A DNA stretch of 64,000 nt from Piedraia hortae CBS 480.64 (taxonomy: Eukaryota). The notes beneath the pieces are model-generated. The model did not search any database and was not told the origin of the DNA. It was given only the letters and a program-made list of their open reading frames with translations. A program made the position numbers and the translations under genes. Positions 45,621-57,174 of the stretch are shown here, one piece after another (the stretch's first letter is position 1; each line of letters opens with the position of its first letter). The stretch lies in NCBI GenBank assembly GCA_010093745.1, contig MU005957.1, positions 310,001 to 374,000 of the forward strand, written 5' to 3'.

Positions 45621-47431
45621 CTAAACGTCGGACAGACTGTCGTAGACGATACTCGGCTTCTGCCTTACCCCATCAGAACTCTCCTTGGACCCCAGCTGAC
45701 TTTTCCTATTCCCGCGGGAATTCGCGCGTGCAGAATGCTGTGGACAGACGGGTGCTGCCTTACCCGTGTAATTGGGATTCAGCGGACACAACGGACTGTT
45801 CGGTAAGTGATCGGGTATACTCGTGGCGACCTTTAGCTTGGGATCCCAGGCTTCATTCTCAGCTGCGTCTTCCACTGATATGCGCAACTGCCTTTCTTCT
45901 GTGCGTTTGGCGTCGTTGAAACGTTGGATATAGGGCGTTTGGACAAAATCAGTCACCTCTAAGCTGTATTCCACCGGACCTCCGAGCCCCGTCGATGATG
46001 TGCGATTTGACTTATCCCGGCGCAAACGGGGGGCTAGCCCGGTAGAACGATAACCTGGTGAATCTTCGCCCTCATGACTAGACGTGCTGGTGCTGCCAAA
46101 TGAGTTGCGTATGTGACGTGGCACAAGATTTTTCCAGATGAAACGAGACGTCCCACCAGGACTAATTTGGCGAGACGTTCCAGGAGGAGAGCCTGGAGGA
46201 TTATCGACAGGTGATGGCAAGTCTTTGAACGAAGTCGTTGATTCGGAATGATACACAGGGTCTGTCGCCAAAGCCTGGCGTCGCAGCAACGGCGGCCTGG
46301 GAGGTAAAGGATGGTTGTAAGGGCTGGCAGGACCTGTCGCTATGCCGTCTGAGACGGCTGACACTTGACGACGCAACGGCATTCGGTCCCTCAAAAGCTC
46401 AGCCTCTTGAATGAATGCCAATCCAGGTACTTGTAGGGACGTCGCTGAAGAACTTTGCTCCTGATTTGGCTCGCTTGGTGATCGCCCTAAAAAGCTCTTT
46501 TGAGTGCTTTCGGACCAGCTTCTCAGGTGCAACTTCGGTCTGCTGAACGGGGTCACATCCTTTGAAGGCTCTTCATGCTGAGAGAAGAACATTTCGGTTC
46601 GGTGGCGATGTCTGCCTGACCGTAGCCGTGGCTTCCACAATTTCCATGACGATGGGTGAGGTGTTGACGGCTCTGCAAGTGTTGCTGAAATGGACGTTGT
46701 CCTTACATTATCGTCCATGGGGCTTAAGGGAGTTCCTTTGGGCGAGCCAGAGTTAGGCGCTTCGCTGTCGGGTGACAGCGGCCCAAGATCCGGTGTATAT
46801 TCCATTAATCTCTTCGACAGTAAGGCGCTGTGAAAGTATGGCGACGACGTGCCAAAGTTCCACCCCGGGGTAAGAACAGCCTGTGCCGCTCGTTGGTCTG
46901 CTTTGGAGGAGCCCGAGTGCACGGCTTTCCAGTGCAAAGCTCCAGTCGTAGCGTGTCTCGGCCTGGGACTACCCACGTTGCCTGTCTCACTTCTCCTGGA
47001 AGCTTGTGTCGAAGGCATACTCTACTGAAATTAGGGCTGTGCGCCAGTCAGGATAAACTACATACCAAAGGAGCCGAGCTCGCGTCAGACGCCTGTGATG
47101 ATGCAAAGTCAACTGTAGAGACAAGCGTATCCTCGACTACGACTGGTTCAGGGGACGATATTAGCGTTGATCTGGGTTCCGGAGATGGTGATTTCGGTCG
47201 AAAAGGTAGGTTCCCCGATAATAAACGTTTCTCGTCAGTGAGCAAACGCTTATCAACCTTTGGCCTACGTAGCAAGTACGCAAAGCTACTACCAGAAGAT
47301 CTTGTCAGCACAGACGCAGACGACTCCGGGCTTGTGGTGGCCTCGCTGTTGGGTCGGGATGGAGGGCTCGTCTTGTCCTTTACACCCTCGCTACGTGAAT
47401 ATGTCAGAAAGGTTCCAATATTCACTTCCAT
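45621..47431 (-). CDS. Ser/Pro-rich hypothetical protein with conserved C-terminal Cys/His motif; complement(join(45621..47021,47066..47431))
   Basis: Two ORFs joined in phase by a 44-nt GTATGT..CTAAT..TAG intron. Motif PDHLPNSPLCPLNP...VCPQH. Confidence 0.7.
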
Positions 47432-47546
47432 AGGTGGATCACATACCTTATTTCAGCTTCCTCATGCTTGTTCAGTGCCTTCAGATGCTGCTCCGCTGAT
47501 GCCTTAAGTGCCATGCGATAGGCAGATAGGGACAAGGAGGTTGGTT

Positions 47547-48017
47547 CTACGAGCTCCTCTGCGGACTTTGTTCCTCGTAACGGAGGTAACGATCTGTCTT
47601 GGCTGGTCGACTGCGGTTTTGATTCGGCATCTTCTCCGCCTTTTCCTGCGAGGAGCTCGGGGACGGAGACTGTTGGTGACGATTCGTGCGATGCCCCTCC
47701 GGCTGCGGGGCTTGGCGACGGGTACGACGATGATCGGCCGTAGTGCGCTCTCCTCTGCAATATGTCTCCTCGCGTGGCGTGCGGGAGTTGGGCAGGCGGT
47801 CTGGAGAGGGCGAACGTACTCGGAAGCGACGGCGATCGCCATGGCTGCGACTCGCATTCTTCTTCGCCTGCTGCTTGTTCCGCTCTTCTATCTCCGCCTT
47901 GTCCTTGAAGCACATGAACGGCTGTGCGACGCATATTATCGCAGTTGCGAAGCTAGCAAGAAGGAATAGTCCGCGTCTATAATTTGATTCGTCTTTGACC
48001 TTGTGGGTTCGTACCAT
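47547..48017 (-). CDS. Hypothetical Arg-rich protein with one hydrophobic segment
   Basis: ATG-initiated ORF of ~156 aa in a gap between genes. No recognisable domain. Confidence 0.35.
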   Translation of the reverse strand: MVRTHKVKDESNYRRGLFLLASFATAIICVAQPFMCFKDKAEIEERNKQQAKKNASRSHGDRRRFRVRSPSPDRLPNSRTPREETYCRGERTTADHRRTRRQAPQPEGHRTNRHQQSPSPSSSQEKAEKMPNQNRSRPAKTDRYLRYEEQSPQRSS

Positions 48018-48609
48018 TGTCAAAATCGATCCTTAGGTGAGCATGAACGATGTATAAGAGTGGTAGGGGTAAGGTTGGTATTTTGAAGTTTTGAGCGTGT
48101 CGCAGGATGTGTGGTGCACGAAAAGGGAAATCCACGTGCGATGCCAAGAGCTGGCTAATCGCATTTGAGGAAGGTACGACCAATGGTGGGGCCACAACAT
48201 CAAAATTGTCAGACCACTATTTCCCTTCCGAATTGCAATAGCCTGTGCACCAAAATGTATTCCTTCCATAATGGAAATGGTTCTTGCTTGTAAGCATGGA
48301 GGTTTTAGCCTAGTAAGCGTGATAGACGTAACCATGATGGCTGTGGATATGACGGGGACAATTTTTCGTAATGTATCATTTCCAAGAGCAGTTCTCCACT
48401 AGAGTAGTTTGGATAGTCACCTAAAGTTTCTATTCCAACAAAGGCGATGCTGATGACTGGGCCGTGAGGAAACTGCAGCCGCACAGATGAAGTCGGGACG
48501 GGAGCTTCCCGATTGGCTGTGCCGTACACTGCGACACGCGACTTGCACGCCTGACTCAGCTGTACATTGGCAACGCCAACACCCGACAGCAAACAAATCC
48601 TTGAAGAAA

Positions 48610-49875
48610 ATGGAGCACGATCCATTGCTATTACTGCGGAATAGTATACTCAACAAACAGCCGCTGCCGATACCATCCAAAGACGAGGATCCAGCGACCG
48701 GCGCGGACACTACGTTGTCACTATCCGAGGCGAATTACCTCCACTTCAACACACAGTCGGCCCAAGATGGCCCACATCATATCGCACTGCCGCTCACCCA
48801 TCCCACGCGCTTTGTTTCACCATCATCAGGCCACAAGGCGCTGGACCTACGTTCGGCATATCTGTGCTGGTTGCATCGCGATAGTAACGCGGCGCAATAC
48901 ATTGCAGACTGTACGAAAATCTCCGATGAACTGAGGCTGGCTGGCAAAGAGGAGAAGGCAACCAATCTGGTGTTTGCCGAGCGTCTTGATTTGAACGGCT
49001 GGCTGAACGGCCAGATAGGAGAGTCTGAAAGCGAATTCATAATGAGTGCTGATGGAGGACGCCTAAAGGGGGCTGGAAAAACCGGACTGGATGATATCGA
49101 AATGGGAGACGTGGGTGGCGTGGATCGGGAAGCGGAGCGACAGGAACAGGAAAGACTGCAGGAAATCTATCGGGGTGAGCGTGTGCTTATGAATCATAAC
49201 ACGGTACTCAGAGGGCTCAAACCCCAAGATTTCAGCGACTTGCGGAAGAAATACAGCCCTCTCTTCCTGGATAGATCAAGACAGGCTGCTCCACAGGCCA
49301 CGGCGCCTGCGGCTACTAACGGTGGCATTCGGCCCCCGGTCAAGCCGGCCGCTAATAGACGACCGGAGCCCATAATCCTGCTGTCGCCGTCGGCCTCCAG
49401 CTTGTTGCGAATGTCCAACATCAAGTCTTTCCTTGAAGAAGGCCGTTATATCCCGCCCGAAACGGGCACTAGTGGGGCTAATATCCTGCATCTAATGCGT
49501 ACGCTGCCTTCCATTTCTGGGAGCAAGCCAGTTCGGTTCATTCTGGTCGACGATCCGTCCACGTTCCGGCCCGACTACTGGGACCGCCTGGTGGCTGTGT
49601 TCACAACTGGTCAAATGTGGCAGTTTAAAAATTACAAGTGGCAGCAGCCAGGTGACCTGTTCAGCCATGCACTGGGCATCTACGTGGGGTGGAAAAGCGA
49701 GGTTGTGCCGGAAACCATCAAGGGCTGGGGCCGCGGCGTCATGGTGGCGCAGATTGACAAGGTAATTCCAGGGCAACCGCGGTGGCGGGACCGTGAAGTC
49801 GTCGAAGAAGTGTGGAGAGGCATTGAGGAAAGAATGCGGGCCATGGGCTGGGGTAGGGAGAGACGAGCAGCGTAG
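48610..49875 (+). CDS. CDC73: PAF1 complex subunit Cdc73
   Basis: DPLLLLR N-terminus, PIILLSPSASSLLRMSNIKSFL, YWDRLVAVFTTGQMWQFKNYKW and RWRDREVVE. Confidence 0.93.
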   Translation: MEHDPLLLLRNSILNKQPLPIPSKDEDPATGADTTLSLSEANYLHFNTQSAQDGPHHIALPLTHPTRFVSPSSGHKALDLRSAYLCWLHRDSNAAQYIADCTKISDELRLAGKEEKATNLVFAERLDLNGWLNGQIGESESEFIMSADGGRLKGAGKTGLDDIEMGDVGGVDREAERQEQERLQEIYRGERVLMNHNTVLRGLKPQDFSDLRKKYSPLFLDRSRQAAPQATAPAATNGGIRPPVKPAANRRPEPIILLSPSASSLLRMSNIKSFLEEGRYIPPETGTSGANILHLMRTLPSISGSKPVRFILVDDPSTFRPDYWDRLVAVFTTGQMWQFKNYKWQQPGDLFSHALGIYVGWKSEVVPETIKGWGRGVMVAQIDKVIPGQPRWRDREVVEEVWRGIEERMRAMGWGRERRAA

Positions 49876-49955
49876 AGTACGCTCGCCTAGAGGTGGATTG
49901 TAGGTTAATGGGGAATTCCAATTCCAGATGGACGTTCATACAATAGGTATCTCGT

Positions 49956-51605
49956 TTAATCATCTTTCAATTCTCTACGTCCCCGAGATGTGACGGCTGT
50001 ATAGTTGCTGCTACTGCTGTTTACGTCCAATTCATCCGTCATCTCAATCAAGTCACCAATGGAAGAGTCGGGAGCGGATCTGCTGGGCCTCTCTAGAGGG
50101 CTCACGGCCTCCTTGGTTTGCATTGCTATACGTCGCACCCAGGACTCGATTGCACCACCAACCTGTCCAACATTGATATTTAGGGGACCATTCCCCGGCG
50201 TAGATGGACGAGATATAATGGGAGAGTCGGCAGAAAAGGGCATTTCTGGCATCAGCCAGCCAAGCTGCGACTTTGGAGGAGCCACGTCCGGCAGGTGTTT
50301 GGCAAAGAACTGGTTCAACGGATCCTGTGCTGGGCCTGGATGGTTGACGTTGCCATCTAATGTACCCACACCGCCTGGACCGGCCAAGTACGACGGAAAG
50401 TAGCCGTTGGAGGCGCTGCTGCGTTTCCGTTGGTGCCGGCGGCTTCGAGGCTGTAAATCACCTGCAGGGGATGAAGCAGTCGAATCAACGGCGGACCGCG
50501 TGCAGTCCAGGGATGAGCTCGGCGTGCCTTGCTCGGAGCCGAGACTCTTCCTACGCGCGGGCGGGAAGTATGCCAGCGTCCTTCGCGAGAGACGAGCAAT
50601 TTCCGTAGGCCGATTGGAGCCTGGGAGGAGCACCCAAGAATCATGAGTCCACCGAGGGCCAGACTCGACGCTTGAAGTGGTGCGTTGCAGACCATAAAGA
50701 GACGATGGAGCTTCAGCACCATATCTCTGCGCTGATCGGCCCCTTGTAACGGTACCATCTCCAACGTCTTCGGCCGGCTCCAGTGCGTCGCTGTCTGTAG
50801 TCAATAGGTCCACGGCTGTGGCATCAGTCACCGGCCGGCCTTTAACCTGGCAGGCGTCTACGGGAAGAACGAGGACCCGCCGAGCCTGTGCTGTGTCATT
50901 AGGCCACATGCGATTGGCCTTGCGAATCATATTGCTAGAGCAGTTGTACTTAATGGCAATGCCGGCCAGCGTATCGCTCTGATCAACGTGGTGCAGGTAT
51001 ACGAGCGTTTCCCGGCTCTCGCCTTCACCCGGTGGAGCAGAGATCGAGTGCGCATCTGATAGCCTTCTCTTAAATTTGCCCAATGTGTCGGCATAGCTTG
51101 ACTGATCCTGCATCATCATGTCCTTTCGCTTTTGCATTCGCACCGCCGCTATGCGCTCTTCGTTTGTGCCGGTGCCGATCTCTCCAGTGGCACTTGTGGC
51201 AGCTGGTGTTTGAGGACCCCACTGAGCTTGCGACTTGCGGTTGACCGAGCGTGGGCCGAAGAAACCGTCCAGCGGCCCTCGAGCCACTGTAGGGCCTTCT
51301 TTGGCCGTTTCACCACTTAGCAATTCAAACGCCATGCCCTGCAATGACGACCATGAGTGGCTCCAAAGCCCCGAGGCTCCACCTGGCACCTGTGTCTTGC
51401 CTACTCCATTTCCCCTGCTTGACGGCTGGCTCGGGCTGGTGCTCGGCCTCGAAGGATGTGAGGCCGGGATGGGCGACGCTCGTCGGCTTGTCAACTGCGT
51501 CGATTGCAGTGCCGATTTCCTAACCGACGAAGCCGCTGCATCCGAAGTGCTGCATTGTTGGCGGGGGCGGAGGGAGGAGGAGCGCGGGGCGGCATTGCTG
51601 TTCAT
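49956..51605 (-). CDS. Intracellular LysM-domain (CBM50) protein
   Basis: VYLHHVDQSDTLAGIAIKYNCSSNMIRKANRMWPND...LVLPV. No signal peptide. Confidence 0.85.
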   Translation of the reverse strand: MNSNAAPRSSSLRPRQQCSTSDAAASSVRKSALQSTQLTSRRASPIPASHPSRPSTSPSQPSSRGNGVGKTQVPGGASGLWSHSWSSLQGMAFELLSGETAKEGPTVARGPLDGFFGPRSVNRKSQAQWGPQTPAATSATGEIGTGTNEERIAAVRMQKRKDMMMQDQSSYADTLGKFKRRLSDAHSISAPPGEGESRETLVYLHHVDQSDTLAGIAIKYNCSSNMIRKANRMWPNDTAQARRVLVLPVDACQVKGRPVTDATAVDLLTTDSDALEPAEDVGDGTVTRGRSAQRYGAEAPSSLYGLQRTTSSVESGPRWTHDSWVLLPGSNRPTEIARLSRRTLAYFPPARRKSLGSEQGTPSSSLDCTRSAVDSTASSPAGDLQPRSRRHQRKRSSASNGYFPSYLAGPGGVGTLDGNVNHPGPAQDPLNQFFAKHLPDVAPPKSQLGWLMPEMPFSADSPIISRPSTPGNGPLNINVGQVGGAIESWVRRIAMQTKEAVSPLERPSRSAPDSSIGDLIEMTDELDVNSSSSNYTAVTSRGRRELKDD

Positions 51606-53420
51606 CGCCAATCAAACTGCGTCGGGGCGAGCGGCATGTGGAAGGGGAGTCGCGATTGGAAGCCTCGCCTGCGAGATTCTTTGGATTGTTATCTATTTGC
51701 AAAGGCCAGCCGCGCATGGCAGTCGCAGTGGCTCAGGGCCCACAGGCTGCGACAGACCGAGGGCCCGGCCCGGCCCGCAAAGGCCACGCAACTATGATTT
51801 CACATGGCGCTTCAAGTCCCATCATGTCACAACGCGAGGCTGAGGACGAGGGGTTGGGGCCAGGGAATGGATGAGAGACAAAAGGGCAAGGAGCTTCAAA
51901 GCAATGGGCAATGGACGAGAGGGCTGCGTAGATCCTTATATAGACGGAGAAAAAACGCATGAAGAGAAGAAAAAAGTCAGTGCCACTTGAGTGTGTGCCG
52001 CAGAATGGGGTCGCTAGGCTCGGGCCGTGAGCCGACCGGGCCCTTCCGCATGACGTAGGCCCCGAGTTCCTGACACATCAAGTGTTACCTTTGAGCTGAT
52101 CACCTATGCTGAATAGACAGGATGGAATTCAGCCCAGTGCCTACAGCTCGCATCGCTGGGTGGTGTTCAAGTTTTTTTCTAAATTTGTGGATAGGCTTGA
52201 CCGAAGATGTTTAGCATGCATCGCAAAGGGCTTAGTATCTTTTTCATTTTCAATTTTTTTTTTTTTGGGAAAAGCTCAGTTTTATTCCGGAACAGGCCAA
52301 GCAGACCTTGCCACATTTGGATGGGTCCTCATACAACTTCAAACATTTGAGACTCATTCATTTCCCGTCCCTAGGGCTTAAGAAAGCTATCATACAACAT
52401 GAATAAAACACCGCCATTACATCGCCTTGCAGGCTTGACTGTGTATACGAGTAGGTTTGGGTTTGGGGATCGACTTGCAAATTTGTCACGTGTGGGTTGA
52501 TATATAGATGATGTGACGTGACGTCACGCAATCCGTATGACGAACCATCATCAGTTAGTGGGGGCGTGGCAGATTCATATGCATACGTTCTATAGTTCTA
52601 GTACCCGTACTGCGGATACTAGGATTCTGTAGTACAAGTTTTGACACCCTATCTGGACCTCGTTGTTCCGAGAGACAATGCGTGGTGGTACTGACACCAT
52701 CTGATTTGCACTGACTGATAGATAATCCTGAATATCTATATACAGTGCCCCCTTTCCTCGGAGCAAGGGCATTTCTTTGTCGTTGAATGCGCCGCCCGAC
52801 CAGATGGCTGTCAAATCTCGTATGTTAACGAGCTGCAAAAACGATGTCGTTGAGATTAACTACTGCTTTTAAACCGGCCATTGGTCGGAGCGACGCCCGA
52901 CGGGTGACACTACTGCATCCAAGTTGAAGCCTTTTGGTGGACAGACCCCCCCTGGACGTTGACATGGCAGGTGCTATTAATAGACGGTGGAGCCGAACAC
53001 GTCAACTCAAAAATCAGCCGAAGACGAAGCCATTCCAGCATCAGAGCAGCTCGTATCGTTGGTTAAATATCCCAATGACAGAGCACGGCAGTATGAAGAA
53101 AGATATGTAGCAGCACAGAGCATTGTCCAGGCCATAGGGACACTGTAGGACGGAAATACAGGTCATTATAGCGAGATGCACGCGTGCACTCCCCGGATCT
53201 ACATGGTCAACCTGGCAGCCGGGACTGCCGGGGGTTGCATCGGGCGAAACGCTCGAGTCAATGCCGATGCAGTAATATGCGACACCTGGACGTCCGCTAG
53301 CGAACCTTGGCAGTCTCGTGTCCCTGCACCCTGCGCTGGGGCTCGAGACGGGTTATAAATCCAAGTGTTTGTCCCTGTTCGTTTCCATCATCTCTCTCTC
53401 TCTCTCTCTCTATCTACACC

Positions 53421-55547
53421 ATGCGGGCCGGCGCTTCTCTCCTTCTTCCGCTGTTCGCCGCGGCCTTTGCGGCCGACCCAGAGCTCAACTTCTATGGCTT
53501 GAATGCCGAAACGTCTGCGGCACCGTGCACTTCTATCGTTACGCCTGGACAGATGTCCACCCCTTCAATCGCTTCCACCCCCAAGACATCTGGTACGACG
53601 TTGCTCAAGAAACCGATCGTTGCCAACTCCACCGCCCCTGCAGTAGGGCCGACAGGAACTGGCCTGGGCGGGACCGGCTCAGTACAGAGATATGCTGGTG
53701 AAACGCCCAAGGATTCCATCATCTACGAGACTTATGTCGGAACCAAGAGCATCCCTAGCCAGGCTGCGTCCAGCCTTATAGACTCCGGTCAAACCTCGCT
53801 CACTCCACCATCGACACTGTCCATCACTGTTCATGGGAATGGCACGCACCATTCTGCTACTAGTAGTGGTTCGTATTCCTCAGCAACGCCCTCGGCCGAC
53901 AACTGCACCAACAAGACGGACCATGTCTTGGAAAAACGCCAAGCTGCGAGCTGCGCCAGCCTCTGCTCTTCCCTCACCACGCTGAACGGCTACTCGGTAA
54001 CGCCGATTTCGTGTGTGCAGCGCTCAGCCAACACTGCGGTCAGCGTGGCCAGCGGACAGGCCAATGCCCAATGCGGGTCTTCGTTTACTCCCACCGTTGA
54101 CATTTGCCAAGTCACTCTCAACGTGAAGACCAGCGGCACGGGCAGCACGTACATGGAAGTGTGGATGCCCAGCGGCTCCCAGTGGAATGGACGCACCATG
54201 AGCACCGACAACGGCGGACTGAACGGCTGCGTGCACTATGTTGACATGACTTACGTGTCTGGCCTGGGCTTTGCAGCCATTGGCGACAATGCTGGCCACA
54301 ACGGCTCATCGTTCGACGGCTCGTGGATGCTGAACAACAACGAGGCCATCATTGACTGGTCATACCGCGCCCGCCATGCTTCGGTCACTCTTGGCAAGCA
54401 GATTGTCAGCCGCTATTACGGCCGTGGGGCGGACTGGTCTTACTACATTGGCTGCTCGGCTGGCGGGTCGCAGGGTCTGCAGTCGGCGCAAAAGTATCCC
54501 AATGACTTTGACGGCATCATCTCGGGTGCTTCGGCCAACGATTTCAACCATCTTCAGGCGTGGAGCGCCCATTTCCGGCAGCTGACTGGAGTGCGTGGCA
54601 ACGCAAGCTTCTTGGAAGAGGCCGATTGGACCACCGTGCAGTCGTACATCTTTGCCCAATGTGACCAGGCCATTGATGGTGTTAATGACGGCATCCTCGA
54701 GGACCCGACGCTCTGCAAGTTTGACCCTTCAGTGATTCCCGTCTGCTCATCCACCACCACTTCGGGATGTCTTACGTCTGCGCAGATCCAAACCGTCCGC
54801 AGCGTCTTCCAACCGCTTTACAACGCACAGAACCGTCTAATCTACCCTGCCCTCGTGTTGGGATCACAGATTGACGCGTTCCGGCTGGGATTGTTGTCCG
54901 GCAGCATCCAGGGCATTGCGCAGGACTTCTTCCGCGGAGCAGTGTACAACAACTCCAACTTCGACGTCACGAAGCTCAGCACAACAGACTATGCGCGGGC
55001 AGATGCTTTGGACAACCTGCACGGCAACCCGAGCGCGTTCAACGGCGATCTCAGCCAGTTCCGGTCGGCTGGCAAGAAGTTGATCATGTACCACGGCATG
55101 GCCGATCCAATGACGTCTGCCCTCAACAGCCAGCGCTACTACCAAAAGGTTGCACGCACGATGAACATCGACAACACGGCCATGGACGACTTCCTGCGCT
55201 TCTTCCGAATTTCCGGCATGGCGCACTGTGGCGTCGGTGGCATTTCCGGCGCCGGTGCGTGGATGTTTGGCCAAAACGGTGCCGCTTCTGGAGCACCAAA
55301 CAACATCGTCCAGAACCTCGTCGACTGGGTCGAAAACGGCCAGGCACCGGATACCCTTCTGGGGACCAAGTTCTGGTACGACCTCCCCTCTCTCGGCATC
55401 GAGTTCCAACGCCGTCACTGCCGCTACCCCTACCGCACTACATATGTCTCTGGAGACAGCACGGATCCGAACAGCTGGGATTGCGAATACATCTCCAACT
55501 GGCAGAACTGTGCGGGCGTCACCTGCAATTCGGATGGGACGTTTTAA
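53421..55547 (+). CDS. Secreted tannase/feruloyl esterase with long S/T-rich N-terminal region
   Basis: Signal peptide MRAGASLLLPLFAAAFA, WNGR, nucleophile motif GCSAGG, YHGMADP, GMAHC and LVDWVENGQAP. Confidence 0.93.
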   Translation: MRAGASLLLPLFAAAFAADPELNFYGLNAETSAAPCTSIVTPGQMSTPSIASTPKTSGTTLLKKPIVANSTAPAVGPTGTGLGGTGSVQRYAGETPKDSIIYETYVGTKSIPSQAASSLIDSGQTSLTPPSTLSITVHGNGTHHSATSSGSYSSATPSADNCTNKTDHVLEKRQAASCASLCSSLTTLNGYSVTPISCVQRSANTAVSVASGQANAQCGSSFTPTVDICQVTLNVKTSGTGSTYMEVWMPSGSQWNGRTMSTDNGGLNGCVHYVDMTYVSGLGFAAIGDNAGHNGSSFDGSWMLNNNEAIIDWSYRARHASVTLGKQIVSRYYGRGADWSYYIGCSAGGSQGLQSAQKYPNDFDGIISGASANDFNHLQAWSAHFRQLTGVRGNASFLEEADWTTVQSYIFAQCDQAIDGVNDGILEDPTLCKFDPSVIPVCSSTTTSGCLTSAQIQTVRSVFQPLYNAQNRLIYPALVLGSQIDAFRLGLLSGSIQGIAQDFFRGAVYNNSNFDVTKLSTTDYARADALDNLHGNPSAFNGDLSQFRSAGKKLIMYHGMADPMTSALNSQRYYQKVARTMNIDNTAMDDFLRFFRISGMAHCGVGGISGAGAWMFGQNGAASGAPNNIVQNLVDWVENGQAPDTLLGTKFWYDLPSLGIEFQRRHCRYPYRTTYVSGDSTDPNSWDCEYISNWQNCAGVTCNSDGTF

Positions 55548-55611
55548 TTAATAGATTTGGTTTGATGATGGGATGATCTTCTGTCGTACTGTTTGCAATT
55601 AAAAAGCCTTT

Positions 55612-55613
55612 CC

Positions 55614-55644
<31 letters not shown>

Positions 55645-55653
55645 ACACACACA
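55612..55653. repeat. C19 homopolymer followed by (AC)n microsatellite
   Basis: Seen directly between the convergent esterase and HAUS6 genes. Confidence 0.9.
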
Positions 55654-55656
55654 TGA

Positions 55657-57114
55657 CTACTCCCTAACCAAAGGTGAAGGGCTCTTTGCCAGCCTCGGTC
55701 GGGGTTTGAACACGCTGTCGTAGTCTTCTACAGTCAGATCCATCTCTGGTGTGGCGAGGAATCGCCCCCTTTCTCCATCGTCCCTTTTTCCCGCGTGCTG
55801 GTTCTCTGGACCAACGGACGATGTCTTCAGCAAAGGGGAAGTCCGTGGTGTGTTCTGCGCAAGTGTAAATGCCGTGCGTTCAGCCAACGAGACGACGCCC
55901 TTGGGTGGATCAGACTGCCGCGGCGTACTCTGCGCCAGCGTGCGCGCCGTCCGGTTCTCTAACGAGACGTTCTTGGGCGAAGATGGCGGATCCGACTCCC
56001 GCGGTGCAACTTCCACCCTGGACGGGGGGAGTGATCCTCCGTGCACCGATCGTGGTTCTTCTCCGGATACCTCCCTCCCCCCCTCCACCACCTCTCCCCC
56101 CTTCTCCCTCTTCGTAGGCGACCTGGGCGGCTTCCTAAACCGCAACGCCAGCGTCTTAGTTTTCGACTCCTCCCTCCTCCGCACCTCAAACTCGCTCTTC
56201 ATCCTCGCCACAATCACAGAAAACTCGTCCTCCCCTGCTGCCCACGGCGACGGGGCCCCGTTCGAAAGAACAAGTCCCTTATGTCTGGTAAACACCCCCC
56301 TCCTCTGACGAGACGGCTCACTCGGTGGGAGCGGTAACTCCTCCAGTATGCCCTCCCACTTCCGCAGGCGGGATGTATCGCTTCCCGCCAGTTCGAGGGG
56401 TCTGTTCCCAAACAACGCATCCTTGAGCTCTTCACCCCCCCTCCAATTCCCCTCCAGCTCTCTGTACAGCTCCTCCGCGCGAGCAACCTTCTCATTCTTG
56501 TAAGCAGATTTTCTTAGGGCAGCTTTCTGCTCCATTAGCTCATCTTCCCTCTCCTCCAACTGCTTGGTAAGGCGGGTGTACTGTAGGCCTGCTTCGCGCA
56601 ATTCCCTCTTCGCTTGGGCAATGCCTCCCTGGTGAGCTAAAATCAAGGGCTGGAGGAGCGACACTTCGTTTTGGTTGAGCTGCTTTGCGAGGCCAATTCT
56701 CTCTGCGACAGGTCGGGGGGCGGAGTGTTGGTTAAGTAGAATCTGCTGCTTCTGCTGCAGCACCACGCCCGCAAACGTGAGACAAGTCTCCCAGAACCTC
56801 TCACCGTGGCATTCATCTAGCATCGTCCTGCGAACGATTACGTCCCCGAGGACACCATTTTTTTTTAGGTCGGTGAGACACCGGAAGAGCGCGGCTCGAA
56901 GGTTGCGGCTTTGGAGGGGGTCGAGGGGGGGGAAGAAGGGTTGTAAGCGGTCGGTTGTGAGGGTAGGGTTGTAGAGGTGGTAGAGGTGGTAGAGGGCTGT
57001 TTCCACGGCGCGCACGCGATTGCTCGTGTCGGGCTGGACAAAGACGGCGACGTCGACGGCGGTGGGAATCAGTTGACTCAGTACCGAAGCAAATAACGCG
57101 CACGTTTGGGACAT
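55657..57114 (-). CDS. HAUS6: HAUS augmin-like complex subunit 6
   Basis: HAUS6_N-like PFFPPLDPLQSRNLRAALFRCLTDLKKNGVLG..VRRTMLDECHGERF, a coiled coil, SLAERT repeats and FKPRPRLAKSP at the end. Confidence 0.85.
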   Translation of the reverse strand: MSQTCALFASVLSQLIPTAVDVAVFVQPDTSNRVRAVETALYHLYHLYNPTLTTDRLQPFFPPLDPLQSRNLRAALFRCLTDLKKNGVLGDVIVRRTMLDECHGERFWETCLTFAGVVLQQKQQILLNQHSAPRPVAERIGLAKQLNQNEVSLLQPLILAHQGGIAQAKRELREAGLQYTRLTKQLEEREDELMEQKAALRKSAYKNEKVARAEELYRELEGNWRGGEELKDALFGNRPLELAGSDTSRLRKWEGILEELPLPPSEPSRQRRGVFTRHKGLVLSNGAPSPWAAGEDEFSVIVARMKSEFEVRRREESKTKTLALRFRKPPRSPTKREKGGEVVEGGREVSGEEPRSVHGGSLPPSRVEVAPRESDPPSSPKNVSLENRTARTLAQSTPRQSDPPKGVVSLAERTAFTLAQNTPRTSPLLKTSSVGPENQHAGKRDDGERGRFLATPEMDLTVEDYDSVFKPRPRLAKSPSPLVRE

Positions 57115-57131
57115 TTGCGGGATTTTTTTTT

Positions 57132-57137
<6 letters not shown>

Positions 57138-57168
<31 letters not shown>
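57138..57168. repeat. (TC)n microsatellite in the HAUS6/HD divergent gap
   Basis: Seen directly. Confidence 0.9.
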
Positions 57169-57171
<3 letters not shown>

Positions 57172-57174
57172 ACA

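Noticed and set aside
52050..52100. Possible C/D-box snoRNA (ATGACGT...CTGA...CTGA)
   Set aside because: Degenerate C box, and no convincing rRNA complement that I could identify for either guide.
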